This document shows, piece by piece, positions 9,468 to 19,099 of a DNA stretch of 64,000 nt. The notes below the pieces were generated by a model that was not told where the DNA came from, did not search any database, and saw only the letters and a program-made list of their open reading frames with translations. Source of the stretch: an uncultured Flavobacteriales bacterium (GTDB taxonomy: Bacteria > Bacteroidota > Bacteroidia > Flavobacteriales > BACL11); the NCBI GenBank assembly GCA_964004625.1, contig CAXFOB010000042.1, positions 8,791 through 72,790 of the forward strand, in the 5' to 3' direction. The translations under genes and the position numbers were made by a program. Numbering within the stretch: the first letter of the stretch is position 1; each line of letters starts with the position of its first letter.

Positions 9468-11561
9468 TTTTTTATATTTTAATCTGATAGAGTTTCCAAT
9501 CACAACAATATCAGAAAAAGCCATAAAAAAAGCTCCCCACATAGGGTCAAGATATCCCATAGCAGCAATAGGAATTGCTACTATATTGTAAGAGAAAGCC
9601 CAGAATAAATTCTGTTTAATTGTCAGGAAAGTATGTTTACTAATTTGCAAAGCTTTAGGTAGTTGTTCTAAGTTATTTTTATTTAATAAAACTATATCTG
9701 AAGATTGAATTGCAACCGCAGTAGACCCACCTATAGAAATTCCAATTGTCGCTTCTGAAAGAGAAGGAGCGTCATTTATTCCATCACCAATCATTGCAGT
9801 GTTGTTATCTAAATTAGTATCTTTTATTACCGACAACTTCTCATGTGGTAGCATTTCCCATTTTATAGAATTAAATGGTATTTTATACCCAATATTCTTG
9901 CATTTAATTTCCTTATCCCCACTTAACATATTGGTACTTATTCCTAATGAATTAATGAATTCTACCACTTTTTTAGTAGAAGGTTTTACTTCATCTTCTA
10001 TGTCAATAGTTGCTATTAAATCATTATTCTTAGTTAGATATAAATCATGTGTATTCTTAGGATCTAAAACTAATATTCTATCTGAACCTATTACATATAG
10101 ATCCTCTTTATATCTAGCGGAAACACCTACTCCTTTATTCTCAATTATTTCAGTAAGATCTATACTTTGAGAAAACGATGACAACTCTGAAACTAATGAT
10201 TTAGCAATAGGGTGGGAGGAGTGTATCTCTAGATTATAAATTAATCTCTTTATAAAGTTCTCTTCACCTTCTAAAACATTAAGTTTTTTTATCTTAAATT
10301 CCCCAGTAGTTATTGTTCCAGTCTTATCAAAAAAGAAATTATTAATAGTAGAAAACTTTTCTAAGGTGTCCCCACCTTTAATTAAAATACCATTTTTTGC
10401 AGCCCTACCAATACCTACCATTACAGCTGTTGGAGTTGCTAATCCCATAGCACATGGACATGATATAACTAAAACTGCTATGGCTCTTAAGAAAGAATCT
10501 ACTAATTCTATATTTAAGAAATAAAATGAAATAATAAAAGTACAAGTAGAAACAAGTAAAACGAAAGGAACAAAAATTGAGCTTATTTTATCTCCTAATT
10601 TTTGTATTTCGGGTTTATTTTTTTGTGAATCTTTTACAAGTTCAATAATGTTAGAGAGTAAAGTATCTGCACCTACCTTAGTAGCTCTAATTTTTATGTT
10701 TCCTGATATTAAGATTGTACCTCCAATCACTTCATGTCCTGATTCTTTAATAACACCCAAACTTTCACCTGTTATCATAGACTCATCTATACTAGCAGTA
10801 CCCTCTATAATAATTCCGTCTACCGCTATCTTATCCCCAGAATTTACAATTAAAATATCTTCAACTACAATCTCTTCAAAATCTAGCTCAACTCTTTCTC
10901 CTTTTCTTTCAACAATAGCCTTTGTTCTTTGTATATCAGACAATTCTTGAATAGAAGTAGTAGTTTGTTTTACAGATCTATTTTCTAAAACGTTACCTAA
11001 CAATACTAAAGTAATAATAGTAGCGGAGGTTTCAAAAAACAAGAATTTATGAGCCAAATCCTCACCACCGTATAAGTACCAACCATATATACTATAAAAA
11101 AATGCTGCAGAACTTCCTATAGTAATTAAAACATCCATATTTAATGATCTATTTTTTATGGAAGAAAGAGCACTCTTACCAAAGAACAAAGTACCTATTA
11201 AATAAACCGGTAAACATAGGATAAATTGAACTAAAGGATCCCGAATAAAAGAATCATGAGATGAAAACATATGAGAAAGAAGAGGAAGGGTAAATATTAA
11301 AGTAAATAAAAATAGTTTTTCCTGTAAGGATATTTTTTCAGTTTTATTCTCCTTTATAACTCTAAATCCTAAAGATTTGATGATTTTTTCAACTTCTGAT
11401 ACAGATATATCCATAGTAGAAAAACTTGCTTCAGAAGTTGAGAAATTAACATTTACATCTTTTAATCCCTTTGAATTTAGTCCCTTTTCAATACCTAACG
11501 CACAATTAGAACAAGTCATTCCGTCAATCAATAATGTATGTTTGTTTTTTGTTTTATTCAT
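9459..11561 (-). CDS. copA: Copper-translocating P1B-type ATPase
   Basis: 700 aa with an N-terminal HMA domain (GMTCSNCALGIEKGL). It has the TM CPC motif (SCPCAMGLATP), the phosphorylation site DKTGTIT and the hinge GDGINDAPS. Its 3' end overlaps the convergent bshB1 by 9 nt. Confidence 0.9.
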   Translation of the reverse strand: MNKTKNKHTLLIDGMTCSNCALGIEKGLNSKGLKDVNVNFSTSEASFSTMDISVSEVEKIIKSLGFRVIKENKTEKISLQEKLFLFTLIFTLPLLSHMFSSHDSFIRDPLVQFILCLPVYLIGTLFFGKSALSSIKNRSLNMDVLITIGSSAAFFYSIYGWYLYGGEDLAHKFLFFETSATIITLVLLGNVLENRSVKQTTTSIQELSDIQRTKAIVERKGERVELDFEEIVVEDILIVNSGDKIAVDGIIIEGTASIDESMITGESLGVIKESGHEVIGGTILISGNIKIRATKVGADTLLSNIIELVKDSQKNKPEIQKLGDKISSIFVPFVLLVSTCTFIISFYFLNIELVDSFLRAIAVLVISCPCAMGLATPTAVMVGIGRAAKNGILIKGGDTLEKFSTINNFFFDKTGTITTGEFKIKKLNVLEGEENFIKRLIYNLEIHSSHPIAKSLVSELSSFSQSIDLTEIIENKGVGVSARYKEDLYVIGSDRILVLDPKNTHDLYLTKNNDLIATIDIEDEVKPSTKKVVEFINSLGISTNMLSGDKEIKCKNIGYKIPFNSIKWEMLPHEKLSVIKDTNLDNNTAMIGDGINDAPSLSEATIGISIGGSTAVAIQSSDIVLLNKNNLEQLPKALQISKHTFLTIKQNLFWAFSYNIVAIPIAAMGYLDPMWGAFFMAFSDIVVIGNSIRLKYKKLD

Positions 11562-11618
11562 CCTTGCAAACTTAATAAAGATTTATATTGAAAAACGCTT
11601 TTTTTTGTAACTAAATTT

Positions 11619-11626
11619 TATATTTG
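11619..11626 (+). promoter_or_regulatory. -7 promoter box TATATTTG upstream of tRNA-His
   Basis: Exact TAnnTTTG match, 12 nt upstream of the first tRNA nucleotide. Confidence 0.45.
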
Positions 11627-11638
11627 CAAACTCAAAAT

Positions 11639-11713
11639 GGTGGTTGTAGCTCAGTTGGTTAGAGCACTGGTTTGTGGTGCCGGGGGTCGTGGGTTCGAAT
11701 CCCATCAGCCACC
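11639..11713 (+). tRNA. tRNA-His (anticodon GTG) with genome-encoded G-1
   Basis: Hand-folded cloverleaf. The acceptor stem GTGGTTG pairs with CAGCCAC, and an extra 5' G pairs with C73. The D arm is GCTC-AGTTGGTTA-GAGC. The anticodon stem CTGGT/GCCGG closes the loop TTGTGGT. The T arm is GTGGGTTCGAATCCCAT. No CCA is encoded. Confidence 0.9.
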
Positions 11714-11722
11714 CACAAAAAA

Positions 11723-11750
11723 AGGAATTGATTATTCAACTCCTTTTTTT
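11723..11750. terminator. Bidirectional rho-independent terminator between tRNA-His and the convergent thioredoxin-like gene
   Basis: Hairpin AGGAATTGA-TTAT-TCAACTCCT with one A/C mismatch. An A-run precedes it and a T-run follows it. Confidence 0.6.
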
Positions 11751-12237
11751 ATTTCTTTATAAATCTTTTAATTCCTCTTAAAAATTGAATTTTAGGCTGA
11801 TATCCAGTAAGCTGAGTAATTTTTTCTTTTTTTGAATTAATTAAAACAAATGAAGGGGTAATTATTCCATCCTTATATTTTCCATATTCAAAGTAAAAAT
11901 CATGTCTCCAACTATAACCATCTTTTACCGGTTGTTGATTTCCATAGATTTTACCATCAAATACAATAGTATCTTTTGTATAACCATTCAATTTTACTGG
12001 TAGGAAGTTATTGTTTATTAACTTAATTACTTCAGGGTCAGAGATGGTTTCCTTTTTCATTTTATCACAATATTCACAATTTGGTTTATAAAAGAAAATT
12101 AAAATATCTTGATTATATTTAGATGCAAATTTCTCTGCTTTTTGTAAAGAAATCCAATTAATTTTATTTTGAATATTTCCTTGAGAAAAAACGACAAAAG
12201 GGAAAATGATAAAATAACATAGAAGGAGCTTCTTCAT
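11749..12237 (-). CDS. Secreted thioredoxin-fold protein (CxxC = CEYC)
   Basis: 162 aa with a signal peptide. The motif ILIFFYKPNCEYCDKMK fits a thioredoxin-like fold. Confidence 0.6.
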   Translation of the reverse strand: MKKLLLCYFIIFPFVVFSQGNIQNKINWISLQKAEKFASKYNQDILIFFYKPNCEYCDKMKKETISDPEVIKLINNNFLPVKLNGYTKDTIVFDGKIYGNQQPVKDGYSWRHDFYFEYGKYKDGIITPSFVLINSKKEKITQLTGYQPKIQFLRGIKRFIKK

Positions 12238-12239
12238 TC

Positions 12240-13409
12240 TTACTTACTATTTAAAATCTTATTTGCATCTGCAATCCATTTTGTGGGACCACCCGCTACA
12301 TATCCTGTACTACCTAATTGAGATAAATTAACTTGTCCTTTATCGGTTTTTACAGGATTAACAAACCATATGGTTGGATACCCTCTTACACCAAACATCT
12401 GCTGAAGGTCTCTATTTTGTTTTTGAATTTGATCAGATAACTTTGACCTTCTTGGGAAATCAATCTCTACTAAAATCACATTCTTTTCAGCCCATTTTTT
12501 AAATTCTGGTTTAGCATAAACTTCTCTAACTAATTTCTTACACCATCCACACCAATCAGAACCAGTAAAGAAAAGCAACAGAGGTTTACCCGTAATCCTA
12601 GAGACCTTACTTGCTTCATCAATGTCAGTATACCAACCATCTGCTTTTTGAATTGGATATGAATCAATATCTATTGTTGTTGATATTTTTTTATTTTTTG
12701 TACTTCTATTAGTCTCTTCTGAATCACCGAAAATTATATAAACAAATTTTTTTACCTTTTTGTATTGTTCTTCAATATCTAATTTATTAATACCAATATT
12801 TGATCCTGTCTGTAAATCTAAGTCTTCCATTAGATTTAACAAGTATCTTGTCTTTATCGCGTAATTAATATTCGTTGTTTCACTGCCAGTAATTGCTTTA
12901 ACTTTGTCATTATCAATTCCTGCATTATTAATTCCAACTAAATTACCATACTTGTTAAATAGTGGTCCACCACTATTACCAGATTGAATAGTTGCTGTGT
13001 GTTGATACCATCTTGGATCATTCATCAATCCACTATTAGAGCTAATTCTACCTTCTGTGAACTTTACTTCATTACCGAGTAAATCTATAATTGGATAACC
13101 ATAAGCAAAAACCATACTAGCAACATCTTCTTTCTTATTCTTAAATCCATAAGGAATCGTCCCTAAATTAGTTTCTACTTTTAAGATTGCTAAATCATTC
13201 GCTTTGTCTAATTTAACTACTCTAGCAGTATAAGATTTAGTAAATTCTCCTTTAATACCTTTTACTGTTATCTTGTTTTGCCCCTCAACTACATGAAAGT
13301 TAGTCGCTATATATCCATTAGAATTAATAGCGAAACCAGTACCTTGAGATTGTGAGAATGATACATATGGAAATACAGTAATTAATAAAAGAAGAACTAA
13401 TTTTTTCAT
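12240..13409 (-). CDS. Periplasmic trypsin-like (S1) serine protease fused to a C-terminal thioredoxin-like domain
   Basis: 389 aa with a signal peptide. The S1 catalytic triad context is present: ATNFHVVEG (His), NDLAILKV (Asp), QSGNSGGPLF (Ser). The C-terminal ~130 aa (LLLFFTGSDWCGWCKK...EIDFPR...GYPTIWFV...KWIADANKIL) is paralogous to the next gene. Confidence 0.75.
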   Translation of the reverse strand: MKKLVLLLLITVFPYVSFSQSQGTGFAINSNGYIATNFHVVEGQNKITVKGIKGEFTKSYTARVVKLDKANDLAILKVETNLGTIPYGFKNKKEDVASMVFAYGYPIIDLLGNEVKFTEGRISSNSGLMNDPRWYQHTATIQSGNSGGPLFNKYGNLVGINNAGIDNDKVKAITGSETTNINYAIKTRYLLNLMEDLDLQTGSNIGINKLDIEEQYKKVKKFVYIIFGDSEETNRSTKNKKISTTIDIDSYPIQKADGWYTDIDEASKVSRITGKPLLLFFTGSDWCGWCKKLVREVYAKPEFKKWAEKNVILVEIDFPRRSKLSDQIQKQNRDLQQMFGVRGYPTIWFVNPVKTDKGQVNLSQLGSTGYVAGGPTKWIADANKILNSK

Positions 13410-13410
13410 G

Positions 13411-13869
13411 TTATTTATTCTGTAATATCTTATCCGCCTTATTTATCCAGATATTAGGATTTTTTTCTCCTCCTATTATCATATTTATTGGTTTTAATTG
13501 AGTTGTATTATCTTTTAAATCAACATCAACAAACCACATTGTTGGATAACTGTTTACTCTTAACATATTAGATAATTCAATATATTCCTTAGGTATATCT
13601 TTTCTTTTTGGCCCTCTTGGAAAATCTAATTCTACAGGAATAACCTTACTTGACCATAAGGCAAACTCATTGCTTTCAAAAACATTTTTTTGAGTTATTT
13701 TACATGGTGGACACCAATCCTTACCGGTAAAGAAAAATAAAAGTGTTTTTTTTGTATCTAAAGATTTTTCTATCGCTTTATTTATATCAGTTTCCCAAAC
13801 TACTTGTTTTGTTTGAGATAATAAATTAAAAGAAAAGGATACAAATAATAATAAAATTAATTTTTTCAT
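13411..13869 (-). CDS. Secreted thioredoxin-like protein (CxxC = CPPC), paralog of the protease C-terminal domain
   Basis: 152 aa with a signal peptide. The blocks LLFFFTGKDWCPPCK...ELDFPR...SYPTMWFV...IWINKADKIL are colinear with residues ~275-389 of the 389-aa protein. Confidence 0.65.
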   Translation of the reverse strand: MKKLILLLFVSFSFNLLSQTKQVVWETDINKAIEKSLDTKKTLLFFFTGKDWCPPCKITQKNVFESNEFALWSSKVIPVELDFPRGPKRKDIPKEYIELSNMLRVNSYPTMWFVDVDLKDNTTQLKPINMIIGGEKNPNIWINKADKILQNK

Positions 13870-13893
13870 AGTTTTTTATTTAATAGTTAATTT

Positions 13894-15669
13894 TTAATGA
13901 ACTCCATGCATCCATTTTTTCAGTAATGGAGATAAGATAAACGCTAAAATAGCCATTCCTATTGCGACTATTCCAACTTGTGTAAATACAGATGTATAAT
14001 TTAACAATGATTGAACTCCTTCTACATTAGAATCTGTAGTAGCACCAACAAAACCTGTAACCTTCTCAATCATTGTAGTCATAAAACCTGGTTCAGGAAT
14101 TTCTTCTGAACCTGAAATTGTAGCATTTGCTATAAATTTAGAAATGTAATGAGCAAAAGATGATGAAAGGAAATAAACTCCCATCATAAATGCCGTCATC
14201 TTTTTAGGTGATAATTCTGTAACTTTACTCAATCCAATAGGAGAGATAAACAACTCACCTGTTGTCATTAAGAAATACCCAGCCATTAAAAATATAAATG
14301 GGGTCTTTCCTACATCATCCATAAACTGAGCACTCATTGCAAATACTATAAATCCTAATCCTAATTGAAGGATACCTAAAGCAAATTTAATAGGCGTTCT
14401 AGGATTTCTTTGTGCTTTGGCTAAAGCTACCCACATTAAAGAAAACGGAATAGCTAAAAACATAATATATCCAGGATTAATTGCATTTGTTTGTGAAGCA
14501 TTCATTAATACAAGATTCACATTTCTTTCAGCAAACAAAGTTATGGCTGTTCCCGCTAGTTCGAAAAATGACCAAAAAACAGTTATAAATAATGTTAGAA
14601 CTAAAACAGTAATTAATCTAAATACTTCAATTCTTGAGAGATCTAACATCTTATTTATTATTAATACTAAAATAACGATAGCTAATGATATTAACAATGC
14701 GCTATGTAAATGAACACCAGTAAAATATGATAATAAATACGGAACCGCTAAATATCCAATTAAAGCATAAATACCTGCAATAATATTTTTTGTTGAAACA
14801 ACATAAATTAAAATTATTGATAAAACAATTAAATGAAACTCATTAATTGATAAAAGGGTAAGTGTATCCATAGCATTATATTTAACCAATAATGCTGACA
14901 AAGGCACTAATAATATAGCAATTAAATAAAAGAAATAGTCTGTCCTTAAACCATACATTTTTTTGTCTTTATACTCTTCTGGTTGATCTCCATTCTTACT
15001 AAATACTCCATCTTCTATTCCTCTCCAAAAAAATATTAAACCAATTAACATTCCAATACCTGCAGCTCCAAATCCATAATGCCACCCCCAGTTTTCACTC
15101 ATACCTAGGTATCCACAAGCTAAAGGAGCTAAAAATGCACCAATATTTATTCCCATATAAAAGATAGTAAATCCAGAATCCCTTCTATCATCACCTTCTG
15201 AATAGAGTCTTCCAACCATTGTAGAAATATTTGGTTTAAAAAATCCATTTCCAACTATAAGTAAAGCTAAAGCAGCATAGAAAAAGAATCCATTAATATC
15301 TTGGATAGGAAATCCAAACATACCATTACTAAAATCTTCTGCATCAAAATAGAAAGCCATAGAAAAGTGTCCTAATGCCATTAATATTCCACCTAGTAAA
15401 ATAGATTTCTTAAATCCTATAAATTTATCAGCTATCATACCTCCGATAACTGGAGTAGCATACACTAAAGAACCGTAAGCAGCAAAAATACCAATTGACA
15501 TTTCCTCTCTAGCTGCAGCATCCTTTATATATAGAAAGAATTCATTCACCATATAAAGAGTAAGTAAGGCTCTCATACCATAATAAGAGAATCTTTCCCA
15601 GAGTTCTGCAAAAAATAAATAAAATAACCCTCTTGGGTGTCCGAATAATTGGTTTTCTTGATTTGTCAT
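13894..15669 (-). CDS. Proton-dependent oligopeptide transporter (POT/PTR2 family)
   Basis: 591 aa, polytopic. The N-terminal signature is GHPRGLFYLFFAELWERFSYYGMRALL. Confidence 0.85.
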   Translation of the reverse strand: MTNQENQLFGHPRGLFYLFFAELWERFSYYGMRALLTLYMVNEFFLYIKDAAAREEMSIGIFAAYGSLVYATPVIGGMIADKFIGFKKSILLGGILMALGHFSMAFYFDAEDFSNGMFGFPIQDINGFFFYAALALLIVGNGFFKPNISTMVGRLYSEGDDRRDSGFTIFYMGINIGAFLAPLACGYLGMSENWGWHYGFGAAGIGMLIGLIFFWRGIEDGVFSKNGDQPEEYKDKKMYGLRTDYFFYLIAILLVPLSALLVKYNAMDTLTLLSINEFHLIVLSIILIYVVSTKNIIAGIYALIGYLAVPYLLSYFTGVHLHSALLISLAIVILVLIINKMLDLSRIEVFRLITVLVLTLFITVFWSFFELAGTAITLFAERNVNLVLMNASQTNAINPGYIMFLAIPFSLMWVALAKAQRNPRTPIKFALGILQLGLGFIVFAMSAQFMDDVGKTPFIFLMAGYFLMTTGELFISPIGLSKVTELSPKKMTAFMMGVYFLSSSFAHYISKFIANATISGSEEIPEPGFMTTMIEKVTGFVGATTDSNVEGVQSLLNYTSVFTQVGIVAIGMAILAFILSPLLKKWMHGVH

Positions 15670-15800
15670 ATTAAATATTAGTTTTTTGTATTATTTTTTT
15701 GATTGCCGAAAATAGTAATTAATTTTCAAATAAAAAGAGAAAGAAAAAAGAATACAATATTTCTATTATTAATTGAGTTAATTTTACATCAAAAAAAAAA

Positions 15801-15832
15801 TTTGGTTTCATTGTAAAATAGTAGTATTTTTG
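15801..15832 (+). promoter_or_regulatory. Bacteroidota sigma-A-type promoter (TTTG, 20-nt spacer, TATTTTTG) upstream of bamD
   Basis: TTTG at 15801..15804 and TATTTTTG at 15825..15832. The ATG is at 15850. Confidence 0.45.
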
Positions 15833-15849
15833 CAAAACATTTTTAAAAC

Positions 15850-16644
15850 ATGAAAAAACACTTATTACTTCTTTCAATCTTTTTATTCCAATTTTCTTGT
15901 GGAGAATATCAAAAAGTATTGAAAAGCTCCGATGCAGATTATAAATACCAGAAAGCTATTGAATATTATGAAAAAGCTGATTTTGCAAGAGCTATGCCAC
16001 TATTTAGAGAACTTACAAATATGTTGAGAGCAACTAAGAAATCAGAAGAAGTGATGTATTATTTAGCATACTGTCATTATAACAATGCAGATTTTATCAC
16101 ATCTTCTTATTTATTTAAAAATTATATAAAAACATTTCCTAATGGGTCTCATGTTGAAGAATGTATGTACATGGCAGCATATTGTGTATATTTAGAATCT
16201 CCATCCCACTCCCTAGATGCCACATATACACAAAAAGCCATTGGAGAATTACAACAATTTTTAAATAAATATCCTAAAAGTAGTAAGTCAGAAAAAAGTG
16301 AACAATTAATTTCTGAACTTCATAATAAATTAGCATTTAAAGCATTTGAAAATGCAAAACAATATTATATAACAGAATATTATAAATCAGCAATAATTGC
16401 ACTAAACAATTTATTAATTGATTATCCGGGTAATAGTTATAGAGAAGAAGCTCATTTCTTAATCTTAAAATCATCATATGAACTTGCTGTAAATAGTATA
16501 AGTTCGAAGGTTGAAGAAAGATTACAAAACACTTTAGATGCTTACTTAGTATTTAATGATAATTATCCTAAAAGTAAATTTATAAGACAAGCACAAAAAA
16601 TAGAAGAACAAACAAAACAATCATTAAACAATTTAAATAATTAA
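15850..16644 (+). CDS. bamD: Outer membrane protein assembly factor BamD (YfiO-like TPR lipoprotein)
   Basis: 264 aa with a lipoprotein signal (LFQFSCGEY) and TPR-like helical repeats. It sits in the conserved position ahead of rpoZ-coaBC-recN. Confidence 0.75.
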   Translation: MKKHLLLLSIFLFQFSCGEYQKVLKSSDADYKYQKAIEYYEKADFARAMPLFRELTNMLRATKKSEEVMYYLAYCHYNNADFITSSYLFKNYIKTFPNGSHVEECMYMAAYCVYLESPSHSLDATYTQKAIGELQQFLNKYPKSSKSEKSEQLISELHNKLAFKAFENAKQYYITEYYKSAIIALNNLLIDYPGNSYREEAHFLILKSSYELAVNSISSKVEERLQNTLDAYLVFNDNYPKSKFIRQAQKIEEQTKQSLNNLNN

Positions 16645-16648
16645 CACA

Positions 16649-16999
16649 ATGGATTACAAAAAAACAGGAGCAGAGAAAACAACCATTACTAGAGACTTAG
16701 TAGATTTAGGAGAAAAAACTGGGAACATCTACAATTCGTTAGCTGTAATAGCAAAAAGAAGCTCTCAGATTAACCGTGAAATAAAGCAAGAATTAATTAA
16801 TAAGTTAGAAGAATTTGCAACACATAACGAACAACTAGAGGAGATATTTGAAAATTCTGAACAAATAGCTGTTTCGAGATTTTATGAAAGATTACCTAAG
16901 CCATGGGCTATTGCAATGAAAGAACTTATGGATGATAATGTTTACATAAAATCCCTTGAGGAAGAGGAAGACTCTGAATCAGAAAATAAAAATGCTTAA
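16649..16999 (+). CDS. rpoZ: RNA polymerase omega subunit (Bacteroidota long form)
   Basis: 116 aa with an acidic C-terminus. The stretch NIYNSLAVIAKRSSQIN...FYERLPKPWAIAMKEL resembles flavobacterial RpoZ as I recall it. The synteny with bamD upstream and coaBC downstream supports the call. Confidence 0.6.
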   Translation: MDYKKTGAEKTTITRDLVDLGEKTGNIYNSLAVIAKRSSQINREIKQELINKLEEFATHNEQLEEIFENSEQIAVSRFYERLPKPWAIAMKELMDDNVYIKSLEEEEDSESENKNA

Positions 17000-18194
17000 A
17001 GAAAAAAATGTTTTATTAGGAGTAACTGCAAGTATTGCTGCATATAAAGCAACTTATATTGTAAGATTACTCAAAAAACTTGGAGCTTCAGTTAGAGTCA
17101 TTCAAACTGAGGCTTCTTTAGATTTTGTTAGTCCTTTAGTTTTATCAACACTTTCTGAAAACAAAGTTATTTATAAAGTTATTGACAAACAAACTAATGA
17201 ATGGAATAGTCATGTAGAATTAGGTTTATGGGCAGATTATATGATTATTGCTCCCGCAACTGCAAAAAGTATCTCTAAAATGGCAGAAGGAAATTGCGAC
17301 AATCAGCTTATAGCGACCTATCTATCATCAAAGTGCCCTGTATATTTTGCTCCCGCTATGGATTTGGATATGTACAAACATCCCTCAACAAAAACTAATA
17401 TAAAAAAACTTCAAAAATTTGGAAATAAGTTAATTCCTGTAAATAACGGGGAATTAGCAAGTGGATTAGTAGGAGAGGGGAGAATGGCTGAACCTGAAGA
17501 AATAATAGACTTTATAATTCATGACATTACTAAAAATAAAGAGTTGTTTGGTAAAAATTGTTTAGTTACCGCTGGTCCTACACATGAAAAAATTGATCCA
17601 GTAAGATACATTGGTAACAGATCTTCTGGAAAAATGGGATTAGCTATTGCAAATGAACTAGCAGAAAAAGGAGCGAAAGTAACATTGGTTATGGGGCCAT
17701 CTCAATTATCTTCAAATCATCCGAATATTAATCAGATAAATGTTATTTCTGCAGAAGAAATGTATAGTCAAGTAAAATCCGTGTTCTCTAATTCAGATAT
17801 CTCAGTATTTTCTGCTGCTGTTTCTGATTACAAACCAAGTGAATCATATAGCGAAAAGTTGAAGAAAGAAAAAGAAAATTGGGATATTGCTCTAGAAAAA
17901 AATAAAGATATTCTAAAAGATATGTCTTTAAGGAAAAAGGTAAATCAATTAGTCGTTGGATTTGCTTTAGAAACAGAGAATGAGAAAGAAAATGCTATTT
18001 CTAAACTTAAAAAGAAGAACCTTGACTTTATTGTGTTGAATTCAACAAGAGATAAGGGAGCTACTTTTGAAGTTGATACTAATAAAATTAGTATTATTGA
18101 AAAAGATTTAACTATTACAGATTTTGAATTAAAAGAAAAAACTGAAGTAGCTAAAGATATTGTCTCAGTAATTCTGAAAAAGATTAATATATAA
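16992..18194 (+). CDS. coaBC: Bifunctional phosphopantothenoylcysteine decarboxylase / phosphopantothenate-cysteine ligase
   Basis: I start it at the ATG at 16992 (MLKEKNVLLGVTASIAAYKA), not at the TTG at 16956 used in the ORF track. It has an N-terminal flavoprotein domain and a C-terminal CoaB domain (NRSSGKMG). It overlaps rpoZ by 8 nt. Confidence 0.85.
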   Translation: MLKEKNVLLGVTASIAAYKATYIVRLLKKLGASVRVIQTEASLDFVSPLVLSTLSENKVIYKVIDKQTNEWNSHVELGLWADYMIIAPATAKSISKMAEGNCDNQLIATYLSSKCPVYFAPAMDLDMYKHPSTKTNIKKLQKFGNKLIPVNNGELASGLVGEGRMAEPEEIIDFIIHDITKNKELFGKNCLVTAGPTHEKIDPVRYIGNRSSGKMGLAIANELAEKGAKVTLVMGPSQLSSNHPNINQINVISAEEMYSQVKSVFSNSDISVFSAAVSDYKPSESYSEKLKKEKENWDIALEKNKDILKDMSLRKKVNQLVVGFALETENEKENAISKLKKKNLDFIVLNSTRDKGATFEVDTNKISIIEKDLTITDFELKEKTEVAKDIVSVILKKINI

Positions 18195-19099
18195 TGAAAC
18201 ATATCCTATTATTATTATTATTGTTGACAAGTCTTAATTCCTCTTCTCAGGAGATTCTGTGTAATGTGCAAGTAAATTCTTCACAAGTACAAACTTCAGA
18301 CAGAAAAATATTTCAGACTCTTCAAACTTCAATTTACGAGTTTCTTAATAATACTCAGTGGACAAATACTCATATTCAGAATGAAGAAAGAATTGAATGT
18401 ACTTTCTTAATTTCTATAACTGAAAGAGTCTCTAATGATGAATTTAAAGCAACTTTACAGGTACAGAGTACCAGACCAATTTATGGCACCTCCTATAAAT
18501 CTACAATGTTTAATTATAATGACAAAAACTTCAGATTTAAATATCTAGAGTATCAATCTTTAGAATTTTCAGAGACTACCCATTTATCTAATCTAACCTC
18601 TGTACTTGCATTTTATGTAAATGTTATTTTAGGATTAGATTTCTCATCTTTCTCAGATCAAGGAGGTTATGAATATTTTGTAAAGGCACAAAACATTGTA
18701 AATAACTGTCAAAATGCTGCTGAAATAGGATGGAAAGCATTTGAAAGTGACAAAAATAGGTACTGGATAGCTCACGATTTTTTAGAGTCTAGATATGGTT
18801 CTATGCATGATATCTTATACAGGTATCATAGATTAGGTATGGATAAATTAGCTGAAGAACCAGAGGACGCTAGATTTGAGATTACAGAATCATTAGAAGA
18901 AATACGAAAAATATACAGAGAAAATCCTTCTGCATTTATTATAAAACTATTTTTTGACTCAAAAGCTGAAGAAATATCAAAAATTTATTCAGAAGCCTAT
19001 CCGAATGAACAAGCCAGAATCATTAAAACCTTAATTGAAGTAGACCCTTCTAACTCATCGCTATATCAGTCAATTACAAATAATTCTGAAGGAAGGTAA
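18194..19099 (+). CDS. DUF4835 family protein (secreted)
   Basis: 301 aa with a signal peptide. It occupies the conserved slot between coaBC and recN in Bacteroidota. Both junctions overlap by 1 nt. Confidence 0.55.
   Translation: MKHILLLLLLLTSLNSSSQEILCNVQVNSSQVQTSDRKIFQTLQTSIYEFLNNTQWTNTHIQNEERIECTFLISITERVSNDEFKATLQVQSTRPIYGTSYKSTMFNYNDKNFRFKYLEYQSLEFSETTHLSNLTSVLAFYVNVILGLDFSSFSDQGGYEYFVKAQNIVNNCQNAAEIGWKAFESDKNRYWIAHDFLESRYGSMHDILYRYHRLGMDKLAEEPEDARFEITESLEEIRKIYRENPSAFIIKLFFDSKAEEISKIYSEAYPNEQARIIKTLIEVDPSNSSLYQSITNNSEGR

Noticed and set aside
11567-11574. CAAACTTA (TAAGTTTG on minus strand) as a -7 box for copA
   Set aside because: It matches TAnnTTTG but ends only 5 nt from the copA ATG. 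That would imply a leaderless or truncated transcript, and I cannot support it without 5'-end data.
9799-11610. Three plus-strand ORFs (123, 100 and 77 aa) antisense to copA
   Set aside because: They are embedded in a P-type ATPase gene with all canonical motifs. Their Ser/Ile/Leu-rich translations are the mirror image of the ATPase's codon usage.
11639-13869. tRNA-His as the integration site of a genomic island carrying the thioredoxin/protease cluster
   Set aside because: I found no integrase and no repeat of the tRNA 3' end downstream. The bidirectional terminator and the flanking genes look like ordinary chromosomal context.
14417-14713. 98-aa plus-strand ORF inside the POT transporter gene
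   Set aside because: It is antisense to a conserved transporter CDS and has no motifs.
17945-18202. 85-aa minus-strand ORF at the end of coaBC
   Set aside because: It is antisense to coaBC and to the DUF4835 start, with low-complexity sequence.
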